The notes under the pieces: generated by a model | The model's database searches: none | What the model saw: only the letters and a program-made list of their open reading frames with translations | Told to the model about the DNA's origin: nothing | Assembly (NCBI GenBank): GCA_012295275.1 | Contig: CM022676.1 | Span: 14,756,001 to 14,820,000 of the forward strand | Origin: Chrysomallon squamiferum | Taxonomy: Eukaryota; Animalia; Mollusca | Direction: 5' to 3' | DNA: 64,000 nt | In this document: positions 28,110-44,554 of the stretch, one piece after another | How the letters are laid out: every line of letters starts with the position of its first letter | Numbering within the stretch: position 1 is the first letter of the stretch | Position numbers and translations under genes: made by a program

Positions 28110-28522
28110 CTCAGCATCATACAACAGTAAGAGCAATAAAAATAATAATTAAATCATCACAGAAAAACGAGAAATAAAGATATACAATCACACATTGTGA
28201 AGATTAGTGTTTAGCATAAAAACAACGGTCTAAGGGGAATAACTCTATTTTAGTATAACCGGGCTAGTCGAAACGGAAATATCCAAAAGTCAATATATTA
28301 GGTTTCCAAAAACACACTATTTTTAACTTAAATTAAAAGTAAATAAATAGATAATAAATATAACACTTATTCGAAAAGGAAATAGAGGCAAATTTAAAGG
28401 AATTTAAATTAACGATATCATTAGTAGATGGCAATTCCAAAACTTTAATTTAGAGTTATACCCCTTAGACCGTAAATTTAAGTTCTTGATAAACGACATT
28501 ATACTTTGCGTTTTATTTTCCA

Positions 28523-28553
<31 letters not shown>

Positions 28554-28621
28554 CTGCACATATTTCACAACTAGTTATTTTACGTCTTCAGAAATACAGA
28601 GCTATTTTTATTTCCCATAAA

Positions 28622-28682
<61 letters not shown>

Positions 28683-29436
28683 CAACAACAACAACAACAA
28701 TTACAACTGCTATTCTTAAACTTTTATTTTAGACCGTACATTTACTATTCTTGATGAGGACGATATATTTTGTCTTTCATGTTTTTATTATTTTTTATTA
28801 TTATTATAATTCAAAATATAGATTTGATTTTATTTCCCATATAACAATAATAACAGAACTAATATTAATCTGAAGTTATTTTAAAACGACAATCTCCTAA
28901 CATTTCTCGCTTATTTGGTAAAATGTTGACAATGGGCAAATTCAGTCTTATTAATTATGATAAAATGCTTAGTATAATATAAAAATATTTCTTTATCGAA
29001 ATCACAAAACTATACATGTATTATCAAGTAATAATAGCAAAAATGTGCAATATTTGATGAAATACTTGTTCGACCTACGATGTGATTCGATTGTCAGTAC
29101 GGAGCAGGAGTAATAACTCTTTTTTATATATATTTTACAGATTTAGCCAGGCTGAAACTTTCCTAACACTTTACAGTTTGATCCACAGGTGAATCAAATC
29201 ACATCAGACCAGCTAAAATCGTAAATTATTCAGTCATAGCAATTGTTTTTCTGATTGTAATAGTATAGTGTAAATATATGTGCAGTGAAAATGTTATTAC
29301 ATTTATTAACATGACCAAGAACAGACCCAACAAACAGAAATAAAGCAGAAATGTAGTTTTATAAATCACAAGTTTTACCCTGACCTTGATAACACCCAAT
29401 TAAGTAAAACGTATTAAAGCTTCTCCATAACACATA

Positions 29437-29582
<146 letters not shown>

Positions 29583-31420
29583 GGTATTTTATAAATAAAA
29601 ATGTTCGTGACTTTTTTCAAAAGAATACGCCATATTAACATTGTAACACATTCAAACAGGGAAACCATTTAATTACAGTAATAGACCTAGAAATCTCAGA
29701 CTGTTTAAATATAGTTTAAAGTGAATGTGCACTGAAATACTTCAATGTAACACTGAATTTCAGTAATCTTATGAAATTTTTAATTCAGTGGGGGAAAAAA
29801 AGAAGAAAAATATAGAAGAAAATAGTTAATAATTAATAAAATGCCCTGCAACTTATATAATTTTAACTGTTTTCATAGAAGACAAACTATCGTAACTTCC
29901 AAATCTGAAAGATTTTCATTAATAACTTTTTTTTATATATAAAGTGTTTTTTATTGAAAACGTTCCAGATTTCTAAATAAACAAATATTTTTGATTATCA
30001 TAATGTTAAAGTTACTGATTTGAACTTGTCCTTTTCGTCTCCAGTATTTTAGAGACACAAATTAATTCACCGTTTATTTATAAAGAAACGATAAAGAGAA
30101 TAATAATAATGAACTGTCTAATCTACATAACTGTCGAAACAATAAATTCATTGTCAGAAGACATAATGGGAGTGGTCTAGTCCAATATGAAAACGTAATC
30201 CACTATATTTTGATATTCTATATAATTAATGTTAATATAGTTGCCAGACTATTGTTAAATCAGCATCTCATATTTATTTTAAAATATATTTTACTAGGAA
30301 ATTAGAGTCTAAATACTTACAAGTTTTACATTAATATATAATATAATTAGTCTAATAAGAGCAAAACATTGAAGGTATTTACTATTAAATAATAGTATTT
30401 AGAGGAAGGGTGGTAGTTATAGTAACAATGATAGTGGTCGTAGTAGTTATAATTTAGTGTGCTGTAAGAATCTGATAGATCTGTCATATCTCAAGGTTTA
30501 TCTGTCTGTGAGGTGTGTGTAGATCTACAGCAAACCAGAGATCACTAAAGTGTTGAAAAATCGATTATTATTATTATTATTATTAAAAAAGAAAGAAAAA
30601 AAGTAATAGAACATGAACTGAACCACTCAAGTACAGTTAAACACAGAAAACAGTGAAAACTCGATATACAAAGATAAACTGACGGAGAAATAGACCAAGC
30701 AGTCAGACAATGAACTAAATAAAAGAAACGTTACAAACAAAAGATTACTTACACGGTTATTAGACAACACGAAGCTGAAGATAGAGACTCGATTCCACTC
30801 TTCGCCTTTGCTAAACAAAATAAAATTTAGAAAACTGTGAAAATCTTTTAAACATCAGTGTTAAATCCACGATATCAAAACTCAATTCAAGTTTATCTAT
30901 TAATGAGCAATTTTTCAGTGGCTTTTTTGCTAATTACAGGAATATAATCAATGGTTATTCCTTACAGTTAGCTGTTTCATAATTGATAAACATATTTTTA
31001 CGTATTTGTGTTTTGTGTGCTGACGTAAGGAGACCCTTTAACATTGGAACGTATCGTTTGGCAGTTGAAACTTGGGATTCTGTTCGAAAGTCGAGACAAA
31101 ACTAAAGTGTTATGGGATATGTATAAAGAAAAAAAAAAAAGAAAGATAAAATTGGTCGATTGGGAATCTAAAGAAGCCAAGTCTAGTTACAGCTCTGTTA
31201 CACTGGGAGTTTCTCAATGGGATTGTCATAAAAATAACTACAACAACAATAAAAAGTTAACTATTCTGTAAAAATTAGTCACACTTTACACACGTTAGAA
31301 ACTTTTAGTTATTTCTTTATGTTTTGTACGCAAGAACATTTGTCTGAATGTGTTAAACACACCGTTACATACACACGGCTATCATTATCATTATATTTAT
31401 AGTTTACGAGCAAAACCTAC

Positions 31421-31735
31421 AAGCGCCCATGACATGTACAACTATCACATTGCTTTTGTGTTTTCCATGTAGATCTGAACTGAACCATTTCACTTCATCT
31501 TCGCTGAAAAAGACTTTGGGTACTGTTAGTGTGAATACAGTTCCCTCGTTACATTTGAACTTGTATTTTCTTGGCAGATATCCACTGCAGTTTGACCCGT
31601 GACCTTGGTGAACATTCATGGTCAAGGTCCCGTGCGTCCAGCCTATCCCTGCCACTCTGCGACGTGTGTGACACGTGAGTGTGAAAGATAATCCAACCTC
31701 AACTGCGTTTCCCGACTTTTTGAGGAAATGCGCGT
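31421..31735 (-). CDS. Immunoglobulin-like domain exon (315 nt, open, phase 1-1)
   Basis: Acceptor cttttcAG, donor GTAGGT. Reads AHFLKKSGNAVEVGLSFTLTCHTRRRVAGIGWTHG..CSGYLPRKYKFKCNEGTVFTLTVPKVFFSEDEVKWFSSDLHGKHKSNVIVVHVM, with B-strand FTLTC, C-strand W, E-strand FTLTV and D..W. Candidate downstream exons lie near 31079-31002 and from 30810. Confidence 0.65.
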
Positions 31736-31789
31736 CTGAAAAGTATGTGATAATTATATTTACTTAAAATTCTCATCTTACAATAATAT

Positions 31790-31822
<33 letters not shown>

Positions 31823-33530
31823 AATAATAATAAAAACAAATACCGTGATACCTTGACTTATGAGTTTAATTCGTTCAGTGACTAAGCTCGTATCTCAGTT
31901 TGCTCGTATATCAAATGAATTTTCCCACCTGAAATTAACTGAAATACCATTTATCCGTTCCAGGTCCCCAAAAACCACCCCGATTTTTTGTAACGTTTTC
32001 TTAAATAAGAAAAATGTATTTATAAATGAAAATATTGTATAAAAACAAAATAAATACCATAACATTTTCACTGTAAAAAATGAAATAAAAATGTAATATA
32101 TATATATTTCATTCATAAACATTATTTGAAACTACTATTTGTTATTCGTGTATAAATGAACTCACTTGAAGCAGCTGTAAAGAGAATAGCACACACCAAA
32201 ATGTGCCTCGCTTCCAATTCCATGATGTAGTTATCCTCAAAAAGCAAAACAAAAATACCCCGTGAAACACACTTTGTATTCGAAATCTGGTAAGAATGTT
32301 CTTCTCAAGAGAGATGTTTGTGAAAAAGTTAAATTTAATGTATACCCTGCGACAGCATTTGTTAAAATGAATCGTAAACAGATGAAAACAATTACTGTAA
32401 GTATGTCTTTTATTATATTTCGAGTTATAGCTGCTGTCACATTGTTAAATATTCCACGAGAACAAATCTGCTAAGAATAAATCGGGGTTACTACTACAGT
32501 TCTATTTTTATCCGCTATCGTTAAAAGGTCTAAGTGATCTATAAATAACCGGGTCGATCACGTGCAGAGAACATTGTAAACAACAGAGAACATTTGTAGC
32601 CGATTTTACTATTTTTATTTGTTACCGAACTGCTGAAAAACAGCAGTTCGTTTCGAACGACATCTTGTATATTTAGTGTATATTATTATTATTATTATTA
32701 TTATTACAAGGAAAGAAAGATAAACATTTTCAGTAGTTAATTAAATATTATTTACATAATGTACGACGAAGTGTGTGTGTGTGTGTATGTGTGTGCGTCG
32801 ATTGCATTGCTTATAAACGTACGAGTATATTCTAACATCAAAGGTTTATTGTTTCAAGCCGTTATTTCTGTGTTGAAATGGAACCTTTAATATTAAATAA
32901 CGTCCACAGTTCAGAGGTTCTATAACCAATGAATCAAAACGTAAGCAATTCCCGATTGTTGTCCCACATATTTCTGTCTGTATATCTGTGTGTGACACAC
33001 GTACGTGTCTGTCTGTGACGGGGGCAGGTGTATATCTGTTTATGTTGCATGTTAGTCCCTGTCAGTTTGCAATGTGTACTCACAGCTATACATGCACGTG
33101 TATGCATATCTGTGTGTCATGTGTTTATGTGTGAATATGTCTGCGAATTATCTGTGTATTTTTCTATTTATATATGTCTGTATGTGATGTGTATGCATAA
33201 GTTAATATCTTTGTGTGACGTGTGTATCTTTTTCTGTTTGTATGTGATGTGTATTTGATGTCTCTCCTTGTCGTATTTTAACATGGAAATATTCAACTAT
33301 GCAAGAAATAATAAATTAAACTCTGTCAATTTGGTAGTCATCGTGTAGAACGATGGATTACATTTATTTTATGTAACGCTATTCACATAAATAATGCAGA
33401 TGCATGCGAGCTGTTTTTTTGTTAATTATCTGATGAAGTTTGCTTTATGCATGTGAATGTAAATTTTTTAATATTAGTGTATTTTATTCTATTATTAAAC
33501 AATCCATTAATCAACTTCAATGTTTATTTC

Positions 33531-33562
<32 letters not shown>

Positions 33563-33565
<3 letters not shown>

Positions 33566-34889
33566 TCTAACAAAACAACAACAACGCAAAAGTAGATTTT
33601 ACTGAATCATTGGTAATATCTATCTCATCGATCAACAGAAAACAACAGAATGCTCACATTTTACACACACTTTCGCAATTCATTAGTATTGATGGTATCA
33701 CATTGAAAAGGTTAAAGTTCAAGGTTATAACAGTATAATTTCAATACCTTGTGTGGCCACCATGGGAACTGCCTGACATCTTCTTCCCATGGCAGTAATG
33801 ACATTACGAATTACACCTTGTGTAATGGTGGCCCACTCTGTCTGTAGTAATAATGCCAAATGAGAACGATTATGTGGCTGTGGTTGATGCTGCCTCAGTC
33901 GTCTATCAAAATCGTCCCACAAATGTTTTAAAGGGTTCAAGTCCGGAGATTTAGAGGGCCAGTGCAGCACCTGAATGTTAGTGTTTTGTAGGTACGCTGT
34001 TGTGAGTCTGGCTGTATGTGGTATCGCATTGTCGTGCTGGAATACAGCGTTGCCATTATTCATAATTGGAGCGACATGTGGCTGCACAATTTCATCTCGG
34101 TATCTCTGTGCCTTTAAGTTGCCTTGCATGTGAACCAGGTTGGTCCTGTCAGTGTATGAGATTGCTGTTCACACCATCACACTACCACCGTCCAATCTGT
34201 CCCCTTCCTGTGTGCAGTTTGCAGCAAAACGTTCACCACGACGTCTGTAAACTTGACATCTTCCATGAGCTCGACGAAGCAGAAATCGAGCATCGTCACT
34301 ATACCAGACAGTTCTCCATCGTAACTGAGGCCAGACTCTGTGCACTTGACACCACTGACGTCGTAGTCGACAATGTTGTTGAGTCAAAACGACTTCTTAC
34401 ACAACGGCTGATGCGAATACCTGCCTCACGTAGACGATTGCGCACTGTCTGAGCTGATATTCTACACAGACCTGGTGTTGCTGAAGCAGTAGAGGTTGCC
34501 ATGGTGGTTCTTTCCCGTAGATGAAGTACCCGTATGTAGCGGTCCTGAACCCTGGTTGTTATACGTGGTCTACCTGATCTGGGATGGTCACGTGTTGTTT
34601 GGTGTTGCTGGAACTGATACCACAATCTCAAAATGGTGCTTGGGGATACACGGAACACCCGGGCTACAGCTGAGAAGGATTCGCAAGCTTGTAAACGGCA
34701 GATGCAGTTGTTTCTTTGCGGTTCACTCAGTCGTGGCATTTGTTTGATGTTGGGTCAGAACAAAAATAACGAACAGAAGTATTCGAAAACCTTGCATTTA
34801 TATAATCCTCGTATTCAAGTCATATGTGTCAGTTTACAATAGTTATCTAAGAAATCAACCATTTTGCGTTTTTTGGGGGGAGGAGAGTA
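33563..34889 (-). mobile_element. Full-length Tc1/mariner DNA transposon, inactive
   Basis: Flanked by TA runs. Imperfect TIRs CACTCT..AACGCAAAAGTAGATTT / AAATCAACCATTTTGCGTT..AGAGTA enclose a transposase gene. Confidence 0.9.
33725..34739 (-). pseudogene. Tc1-family DD34E transposase, split over three frames
   Basis: Paired-like HTH (MPRLSEPQRNN..VARVFRVSPSTI), the PRSGRPR linker, TVRNRLREAG, WYSDDARF, FQHDNAIPH and WPSKSPDLNPLKHLWD. The catalytic E appears as K, and there are at least two frameshifts. Confidence 0.95.
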
Positions 34890-36679
34890 TATATATAGTT
34901 TTTTTAAATTATTTTTTTGTTTCTTATTATTTTTTCCTTTATTCTTTTCCATATATCTATCTTATTTTAAGTGTTTAATATAAAACTGCATTGTTCTTCT
35001 TAGTACTTAGTTTTATTATTGCTCTTGTTGTTGTTATTGTTTATTGTTTATTATTATTATTATTATTAAGATTATTATTGTTGTTGTTGTTGTTGTTATT
35101 ATATCACATAAACTATTTAACCTTTAATTGTGAGTAGTCTATCTGTAATGTTTATTATTAAACTGAAAATTCAATTCACTTAGACATTTTGTATCTCTCA
35201 AATCACAGGAACGTTTCACAACGGGGGTCTTCAATATACGAGAATGTTGCTTTTGAACCGGGTAAGTGCAGTTTTTTCTAAACGTTTACTCTAAGAAGGC
35301 TTACTTTACGTTCAATATCTATTAAGACTTCTTGCAAGGTAATCATGAAAGAAAGAAATAAGGTACAAAATGAAGTAATGAAAGAACAATTAATGAAATG
35401 AGTATGAAATTGAAGGCTGGAACAATATTATTAAAAGTTAATGGCATAAAATGTTGTCATTTATATACTGAGCTAAGAATGTCTGAAGTTATTTTGTGTT
35501 AAATGATTAGTTAATAGAATTGAGTTGTATTACCTCCTCAGATAAGCAAGTATATAGTTTAACATATTTCTCTGATAAGTACAGAGTGGTTATAAATTGA
35601 TATTTTGCAGTATTACAAACTATTTTATCACCACTGTGTATTAATATCTGTCTTTGTACTTGTTGTAAATTACAGCCTGGTCAACTTAATATGTTTTTAT
35701 TTTATTTTGTATATATCTTATTATTTATTATTTAGCCATCTGGTTTTGTTAGTCTCTTTTTTCTGCATTTCTCTATGACTTATTATGTTTGAGACATAAA
35801 GAAAATGTTTATACATCTCTTATTATTTATATGTAGGTAACAGTCTACAAGAGAGTCAGTCAACTGAACAGAATCCGTATGACGTTTTGGATTTCAGTGA
35901 TAAGAAACCAAAATATTAAGATATCTCTTTATTAATGTATTTACTTAAAACTTTGAAACAACTTATTTTGTTTCTTTTAGTATATATATATACACACATA
36001 CACACATGTTTATATACACGTACATACACACTTACATAGGTTAAAACTTTGAAAAACATAATTTTAGGAAACGAAATTACATAAAATTATTATTTACAGT
36101 CATGAAATTTTATTAATAAAGATAACTAATTTAAAATATAAATATTCTTCTTTTTATACAAGAACGTCGTTATACACATTTGTTTTAAATGGGGTTTTAT
36201 ATTTATGTTATGTTTTCATCAGTACAATATAATATATAGCGTATGTTTGAATAGTATTTTATGTTCTAAAATTACAGTGTTTTCTTTGAATGTTATGAAT
36301 TAACTGATATTGTACAGTATATAGTTGCGATGAATCTTTAAAATTCTGATTAAAGTATGCTTAGTCAAATTCTGATTAATCTATATCTACTAAAATCATG
36401 ATTAAGCTGTGTCTAGTAAAATTATAATTAATCTATGTCTAGTGATATTGTAATTAGTTGTATCCATTTAATTGTGATTAAACTATGTAAAGTAATAAAA
36501 AAAAATAATATGGCTTTGATGTTTTGTGCGCACACATACACTATATAGAAAGGGGACATTTCAAAAACGTTTTGACTGCGATTCCATTCTTGTTTACGTT
36601 TAATTTTTACTTCATTTTATTTTATTTATTGACATAATTATTTAGTATTTGTGTGTAGAGAGGTTATTACCCGTACCAA

Positions 36680-37165
36680 CAATATCAATGATACTACTAC
36701 CACTACTACTTGAGCTGCTGCTTCTGCAACTATTGTTGCTGCTGCTGCTTCTATTACTACTGCCACTACAACATCAACTACAACTGTTACTACTAGTGGT
36801 GCTACTATTATTACGTCTGCTGCTACAACTACTACGACTAAAACTGCTACTGCTGCTACAATTACTACTGTTCCTACTATTGCTACAATTACTATTTTTA
36901 TTGCAGATGCTACTGCTACTACTACTGCTATCACGACTACTACTGTGACTACTGCTGCTACTAATACTACTACAGCTGGTACTACACTTAATACAGATAT
37001 TACTACTGCAGTTGCTGCTGCTACTACTAGTACTGCTGCAAAAAGTCCGGCTACTAGAACTACTGCTGCTGCTTTTACTACTACTGTTTCTACTAGTACA
37101 ATTATTGCTAGTACTCTACTACTACAACTACCATTTCTGCTGTTGTTGCTACCACTAGTGCTGCT
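36680..37165. repeat. Degenerate (ACT/GCT)n trinucleotide tract
   Basis: Low-complexity sequence; similar (TAG)n tracts at 39190-39445 and 59660-59980. Confidence 0.85.
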
Positions 37166-37629
37166 AAATTCTGCAAAATATTTTTTAAAAATGTTTGTAT
37201 GCAGACATTGAATAATAATAAAGTATAGAAAATAATTACAATAAATAAATAAATAAATAAATAAATATTAATAAATAAATAAATTTGGTTTTGTTAACAA
37301 TGTCAGTTTAAAATTAAGGCGTTCAAAAGGATTATAAAAATTAGAAATAACGACAAGAAGAAGAATAATGAGACAAGTTGTCATGTTACTATTAACAGTC
37401 CTCCAGGTTGTTATCATCACGTAAGCTGCACACCATCATCACGAAGACTTGGAGGACACGGGAACATTTATATTTATTTATTTTTTAATTGTTTTTTTTA
37501 CATATTTTTCAATAAAATTTACTTTTTCAGAACAAATATTATTAATATGATATATAATATGTTCCATTATACACGAAATCGGTTGATTTATTTTCAGAAA
37601 ATAATTTATATATATTAATAACAACACTC

Positions 37630-37960
37630 ATAAAAATGGCGACAAGCAATGACGACAGATCGCAATTTGTGCGATCCTCCTGCAATTTACAGAGCGCCAT
37701 TTTGGCGTCATTTCGGGTTTCCATTAACTTTGCGAAGAAGGGAGAAAAGCAGGAGCTAAATGAAGAGTCATGTACAGGCCCTGTGCGTCAACTCTGAAAT
37801 ACTCTGGCAATACAACAAATCTGTTAACAACAGACGTACAGAGTCACCACTCGGCCTGGTACAGCGCTTGTACAAACTGAGTCTGTTTTCAGATGACTCT
37901 ATCATCAGTAGCTCCGCCCATAGGACTCAGTCTAGTAAATCTAGTGTATCGTAGAAGAAC
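37630..37960. promoter_or_regulatory. GC/CpG-richer island with two opposed YY1-like motifs
   Basis: AAAATGGCG at 37633-37641, CGCCATTTT at 37695-37703 and a GC box CTCCGCCCA near 37912. No linked gene identified. Confidence 0.3.
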
Positions 37961-38636
37961 TTGGTTTCTTAGACAACTTACGTAATAAAACGTAGAGTTT
38001 CAGCAACAATGAATTAGCGTTTATAAATGTGCTCCTCTTTTTTCTTTCGGAAGTTTAAAGAGCGGCGGCACTCTCCTTATTACTATTATTTTATTATTTT
38101 TAATTTTTTTTTTATTTGATTATACTTTTTTTTTGTCTTTTGTACATTTTATTTCACATATTTTACGTTTGAACTTTAGTTGCATTTTAAAAGTAGTTAC
38201 GGTAATATTATTGCATTTTAAAGAGGTTAAAACGTCATAGCCTGTCACTTTAAAAAAATAAATGAATAAAAACACAGAGATATCTTGATTTTTCAGGCAC
38301 AAGTATTCTCTATTAGTTAAAACAGAATGAATATGTATGAATACAAATATGTGTCTATATATATGTGTATGTATGTATATACAAATGTGTATACGTATGA
38401 TTTTACTTGAAAGGACCACAAGAATTTGATCTCTTACCATGATCTTCTGCAATACACAAACTCCGGCTGAAAATTGCAGCCCACTCTGAAAGGTGTTGCA
38501 GGTAATAACTGAAGGTGTACAAATGGCGGTTTCATAGAAACCGAAGGTTTCAAAAAGTTACACTACTGAGATCTAACACTTAAATACAGCAATACTCACA
38601 AATTTATAAAATTGTTTTATGGTACGAATTTAATTT

Positions 38637-38668
<32 letters not shown>

Positions 38669-38669
38669 T

Positions 38670-42510
<3,841 letters not shown>

Positions 42511-43321
42511 GTATAATATTTAATATTATTTAGTATTTCCTAAGAGAAAACGACTTTGACCAGTGATACATCACTACCTGAAAGACAAATCCTAAGTCAC
42601 AGCAGATCGTAAACCTAACATTAATCATGACTTACGCTGAATTAGCTATTATTCTGGTCTCTATATTTTCAATAATTCCGAATGAAACCATAACACTAAC
42701 CTTAAATCTGACCCTAGGATTAAATGTAATCTGAGCCCACTACTAATATCTGCACTGAATTAACTGCATTTACCGAAAGCACCTGACTATTCCACTAACC
42801 CTTATGTCATCTTTCGACAGTTCTTAGCCTAATTCAAGTTTAAACCGTAATTTTAAAAGTAAAATAATCATTTTCTTAATTCTAACGCCACATGTAGATG
42901 TATCTGATTTGATGGATGAATGAATATTGAATGAAATAAAGAAAAATGAAGTGGTCGAAAACAATAATAAACTAAATTTGTTGTTATTTTTATGTGTCAT
43001 TAGAATGACTGCTATATGATAAATAATATTTCCTACATACAACACATCCCTGTGTTATAACTTTATTACACTGACAGGATTGAACCACTGACCTGTCAGT
43101 GTGTAATAAGAACATTAGTTCACTAGTTACATACAACACATCCTTGTATAATAACGTTATTACACTGACAGGAATTGAACCACTGAACTGTCAGTGTGTA
43201 GTAAGAACATTAGTTCAGCACAACATACATAACTTTGTAATATATGGAACAAAATATATGGAAAACAGAAATAAATATATAAATATATATATATAAACAA
43301 AGATGATGATGATGATAATAA

Positions 43322-43352
<31 letters not shown>

Positions 43353-43362
43353 AAGAAGAACT

Positions 43363-43463
<101 letters not shown>

Positions 43464-44554
43464 AGAGGCATGATGTACAGAGTTGTAAAATCTCTTTAAT
43501 GTCCGAGTTGGCTTATCTCCCGATCCAACCAGTGTTTTTTTTGTGTGTTTTTGTTTTATTTTAAAGCTTTTCTCTTGAATTTCTCCCACAACACCATTTA
43601 TTATTTCTACATAGAAGAGAAAAAGATGACATGAACCAAACAAATATAATTAAAACATTTATTTCTATACTTCTATATTTCGTGTTTACATTTTTAACAA
43701 ATTAAATACAAATTATATTTTTATGTATAAACAAATTGATAACTTCTGTTATGTCTAATGAATATTGTATACAATATAATTTACTAGCATATTTATTTTA
43801 CATAAATCTAAATAAAAGAACACTGACAAATGAATCAAATAGCAGTTCTTAAGTTCATGTCTAACAAACAGTAAACACATAATTTATCTTCATATTAGTT
43901 TTAAAACGAAGAAATAACAGTATTTTATTTGTTGTGACAAAATCTAAAACATAATTTATAATATTTCTTTACAGACTGATGTTATTTAGGCATTTAGATA
44001 GTTTGCATGTCTTGGGAATTAATTTATAGAGAAACAAAATAAACAGCCAAAGACGGGAAAAAGATTAATTACAAAAATAATTAAGTTTTTTGGCCTCCTG
44101 TTTAGTGAATATTTACATTAATATCTAAAATAAAATAAAATACAACTTGGTTGGTGTCTAATAGATATTAAATATTTACACATCTTAAACAATAAGACAT
44201 CCATTGACAAAGAAAAAAAAAATATAATACAATGTTCGAATATAGAATTAACACATTTAGATATTTAGGTATTAACATATTTCATCTATTATATGACAGT
44301 TTAATCAATACATTAAATAAACAAATAAACAATCTATATTAAATAAATAAATAAATAAATAAAGCAATGAGCTGTTTATGTACATTATACACGTGTCTGC
44401 TTGACAGAAGCCATCACTGCCAACGTCATCATAAATACAAAACGTAAACAAAAATAAGTAAAGAAATAAATCAATCAATCAATCAATCAGTAAATAAATA
44501 AAAATATGAGCCCAGTGATGACTAAAAGTGACAGTGTTTGAACGATGTTGTTTT

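Larger units (their letters stand above)
20062..28760. repeat. Dispersed 20-bp motif AGAGTTRTWYCCYTTAGACC in both orientations
   Basis: Forward at 20062, 25001, 25334, 28452 (partial at 25422, 28729); reverse at 24335, 24695, 28227. Forward copies share a downstream GTAAATTTAC..TTCTTGAT. Confidence 0.8.

Noticed and set aside
34066-34842. Plus-strand ORFs over the Tc1 element, and antisense ORFs over the BTB genes
   Set aside because: Shadow frames of real coding sequence on the opposite strand.
36638-37211. Possible mucin-like Thr/Ala-rich exon
   Set aside because: Degenerate trinucleotide repeat with no convincing splice sites or flanking exons; the frame is interrupted.
37398-37457. C/D box snoRNA on the minus strand (terminal stem, two GTGATGA boxes)
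   Set aside because: No CTGA box D next to the 3' stem.
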